DNA of 17,361 nucleotides from a virus: UHGV virus genome UHGV-2175977; one strand, 5' to 3'. Shown piece by piece: positions 15,939 to 17,361 of this stretch (position 1 is its first letter; each line of letters starts with the position of its first letter). The notes under the pieces were generated by a model. It saw only the letters and a program-made list of their open reading frames with translations, ran no database searches and was not told where the DNA came from. The position numbers and the translations under genes were made by a program.

Positions 15939-16211
15939 ATGAGAATGGACGAACGATACAGTAACGCTGCATACGGCAGCGCAGGACTTGTTGCGTTCTT
16001 TGCCAGCCTGTCACTGCAGGATTGGGGATTTATTATCGGCGTGGCGTTCAGTATCATTCTTGGTGTTCTTACTTATCGCCTTAACAAACGGGAGCAGGAA
16101 AAACGAACCCGCATATTGCTCGAAATTCTGGAACGAACTAATGCCGGTAATGTTCCGGCTACGGCACATGCTGTGGCTGAGATTGCGAAAAAGGCACCAA
16201 AAGAAATATGA
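15939..16211 (+). CDS. Holin, two-TM (class II / pinholin-like)
   Basis: 90-aa ORF with GGAGGTGAGGG RBS; MRM dual-start motif; two hydrophobic helices (GSAGLVAFFASLSL, WGFIIGVAFSIILGVLTY) then charged tail. Confidence 0.7.
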   Translation: MRMDERYSNAAYGSAGLVAFFASLSLQDWGFIIGVAFSIILGVLTYRLNKREQEKRTRILLEILERTNAGNVPATAHAVAEIAKKAPKEI

Positions 16212-16280
16212 CGAATATCCCGGGAGTGAGGGGATAATATACCTTTTAACAAAATCCGGGAACATGAAACGCCCGGAACG

Positions 16281-16296
16281 TTTCATGAGACATGCC
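16281..16296. repeat. Left copy of 15-16 bp direct repeat TTTCATGAGACATGC
   Basis: Matches 16791-16806 at 14 of 15 positions; 11-nt identical core ATGAGACATGC. Confidence 0.6.
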
Positions 16297-16367
16297 CCGT
16301 GGGGAGCAGGGCATAACTGTGCGGAATAGCTTTCATTGTGATATCAATAATCACGGTATTCAAAATA

Positions 16368-16745
16368 TTACGGGCCTGTGGGATCAGGTTGTTTTTTGTC
16401 TGATTCCAGAGGGAAGGGACGCTGTTTCGGTTCTCTGAACTTTAGTGATAATGAATTGAAAATCCTCATTTTTTGCTGCCATGCATAATGTCTGTCCCAT
16501 GAACAGGGGGGGCTCAATTCTTCATTCACCCATGCGTTAATATCTTGTTTCAGGTGTTGAAGCATATGGGGTGTTAATGCACTCATAATAATATCCAGCG
16601 TTTTATGCGAGAGTTTACCGTAAGGGTCTGCAAGGATGCTGCTCGTTGCTTCGTTATTATCCACCATAAGTGGAAGTAGCGCTGATTTAACTTTTTCTGT
16701 CATTAGTTGCAAAAATCTACTGCGCAAATTTTCTTTACTGTTCAT
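16368..16745 (-). CDS. Hypothetical protein, opposite strand, between holin and endolysin
   Basis: 125-aa ORF with GAGG RBS 8 nt upstream; no TM segment; only long ORF in the 650-bp holin-endolysin gap. Confidence 0.4.
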   Translation of the reverse strand: MNSKENLRSRFLQLMTEKVKSALLPLMVDNNEATSSILADPYGKLSHKTLDIIMSALTPHMLQHLKQDINAWVNEELSPPCSWDRHYAWQQKMRIFNSLSLKFREPKQRPFPLESDKKQPDPTGP

Positions 16746-16790
16746 TTCTGAAGCCTCATCTGTTGTCGTTTGGTTTTCCTGAACGGGTAT

Positions 16791-16806
16791 GTTTATGAGA
16801 CATGCT
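16791..16806. repeat. Right copy of direct repeat GTTTATGAGACATGC
   Basis: See left copy at 16281-16296. Confidence 0.6.
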
Positions 16807-16868
16807 GGTACTGGATTATATACCTGATATATCCAGGGCTATAAACCTTTAGATCCTGATAAATATAC

Positions 16869-17361
16869 ATGAACGCAAAAATCAGATACGGCCTGTCGGC
16901 TGCCGTTCTGGCGCTGATTGGTGCTGGCGCATCTGCTCCTCAGATACTTGATCAGTTTCTGGACGAAAAAGAGGGTAACCACACAACGGCATACCGCGAT
17001 GGTTCTGGCATATGGACCATCTGCCGCGGTGCCACGGTGGTGGATGGAAAACACGTTTTTCCCGGAATGAAGCTGTCGAAGGAAAAATGCGCTCAGGTTA
17101 ATGCCATTGAGCGTGATAAGGCGCTGGCATGGGTGGAGCGCAATATTAAAGTTCCACTGACCGAAGCACAGAAAGCGGGTATTGCGTCATTCTGTCCCTA
17201 TAACATTGGCCCCGGTAAGTGTTTCCCGTCGACGTTTTATAAGCGGCTTAATGCCGGTGATCGAAAAGGCGCCTGCGAGGCGATTCGCTGGTGGATAAAG
17301 GATGGTGGGCGCGATTGCCGCATACGTTCAAATAACTGCTATGGACAGGTTATTCGTCGTG
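16869..17361 (+). CDS. Endolysin, GH24 T4-lysozyme family, SAR-type N-terminus (RrrD-like); 3' end truncated by window
   Basis: ATG 16869; no stop before window end (about 164 codons); Gly/Ala-rich N-terminal helix YGLSAAVLALIGAGASA; catalytic spacing E-x8-D-x5-T in DEKEGNHTTAYRDGSGIWTI. Confidence 0.85.
   Translation, partial: MNAKIRYGLSAAVLALIGAGASAPQILDQFLDEKEGNHTTAYRDGSGIWTICRGATVVDGKHVFPGMKLSKEKCAQVNAIERDKALAWVERNIKVPLTEAQKAGIASFCPYNIGPGKCFPSTFYKRLNAGDRKGACEAIRWWIKDGGRDCRIRSNNCYGQVIRR

Larger units (their letters stand above)
660..17361. mobile_element. Lambdoid prophage (Rac-like early region, Qin/DLP12-like late region), left arm; right end outside window
   Basis: Contiguous int-xis-exo-kil-rha-repressor-cro-replication-TA-rusA-Q-tRNAs-holin-endolysin order immediately after host ompW. 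Confidence 0.85.

Noticed and set aside
15988-16329. 113-aa plus-strand ORF overlapping the holin
   Set aside because: Out-of-frame overlap with the well-supported holin gene; runs into the non-coding gap without RBS support.
1-17361. CRISPR arrays, retron/reverse transcriptase, large ATPase-nuclease defence operons
   Set aside because: No regularly spaced repeat array and no large ORF with Walker A or RT motifs; every ORF over 200 aa is accounted for by phage core functions or the membrane cargo gene.

Overview
The window starts with the 3' part of a host locus (ompW, 21..659) followed by the left arm of an integrated lambdoid prophage (about 660 to the window end) with a Rac-like early region and a Qin/DLP12-like late region. 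Minus-strand early-left genes: tyrosine integrase, excisionase, an 817-aa RecE-like exonuclease whose C-terminus carries DEDDh 3'-5' exonuclease motifs (no RecT seen), a Kil-like peptide and a Rha-like regulator. The immunity region has an HTH repressor without a protease domain, divergent from a Cro/YdaS-like gene and a YdaT-like gene, with a repeated ATGTACT operator-like motif in two clusters. Rightward follow a replication module (DUF1376/YdaU-like plus a frame-overlapping lambda-P-like ORF), a chain of translationally coupled small genes, an opposite-strand ParE/ParD-like toxin-antitoxin pair, a DUF968/HNH-like protein, RusA and a putative Q antiterminator with a PR'/tR'-like promoter-terminator pair. 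The late operon opens with a T-rich five-helix membrane protein of unknown function, then a tRNA cluster (tRNA CAU, tRNA-Arg UCU, one degenerate tRNA-like element), a holin, a roughly 500-bp segment flanked by 15-bp direct repeats carrying a reverse-strand ORF, and a GH24 endolysin truncated by the window end. No CRISPR array, reverse transcriptase, large ATPase or toxin genes were seen. The best candidates for undescribed biology are the membrane cargo gene, the repeat-flanked insertion in the lysis cassette, the DEDDh RecE variant and the acidic small-protein cluster. All homology statements come from recalled sequence and motif reading, not database searches.
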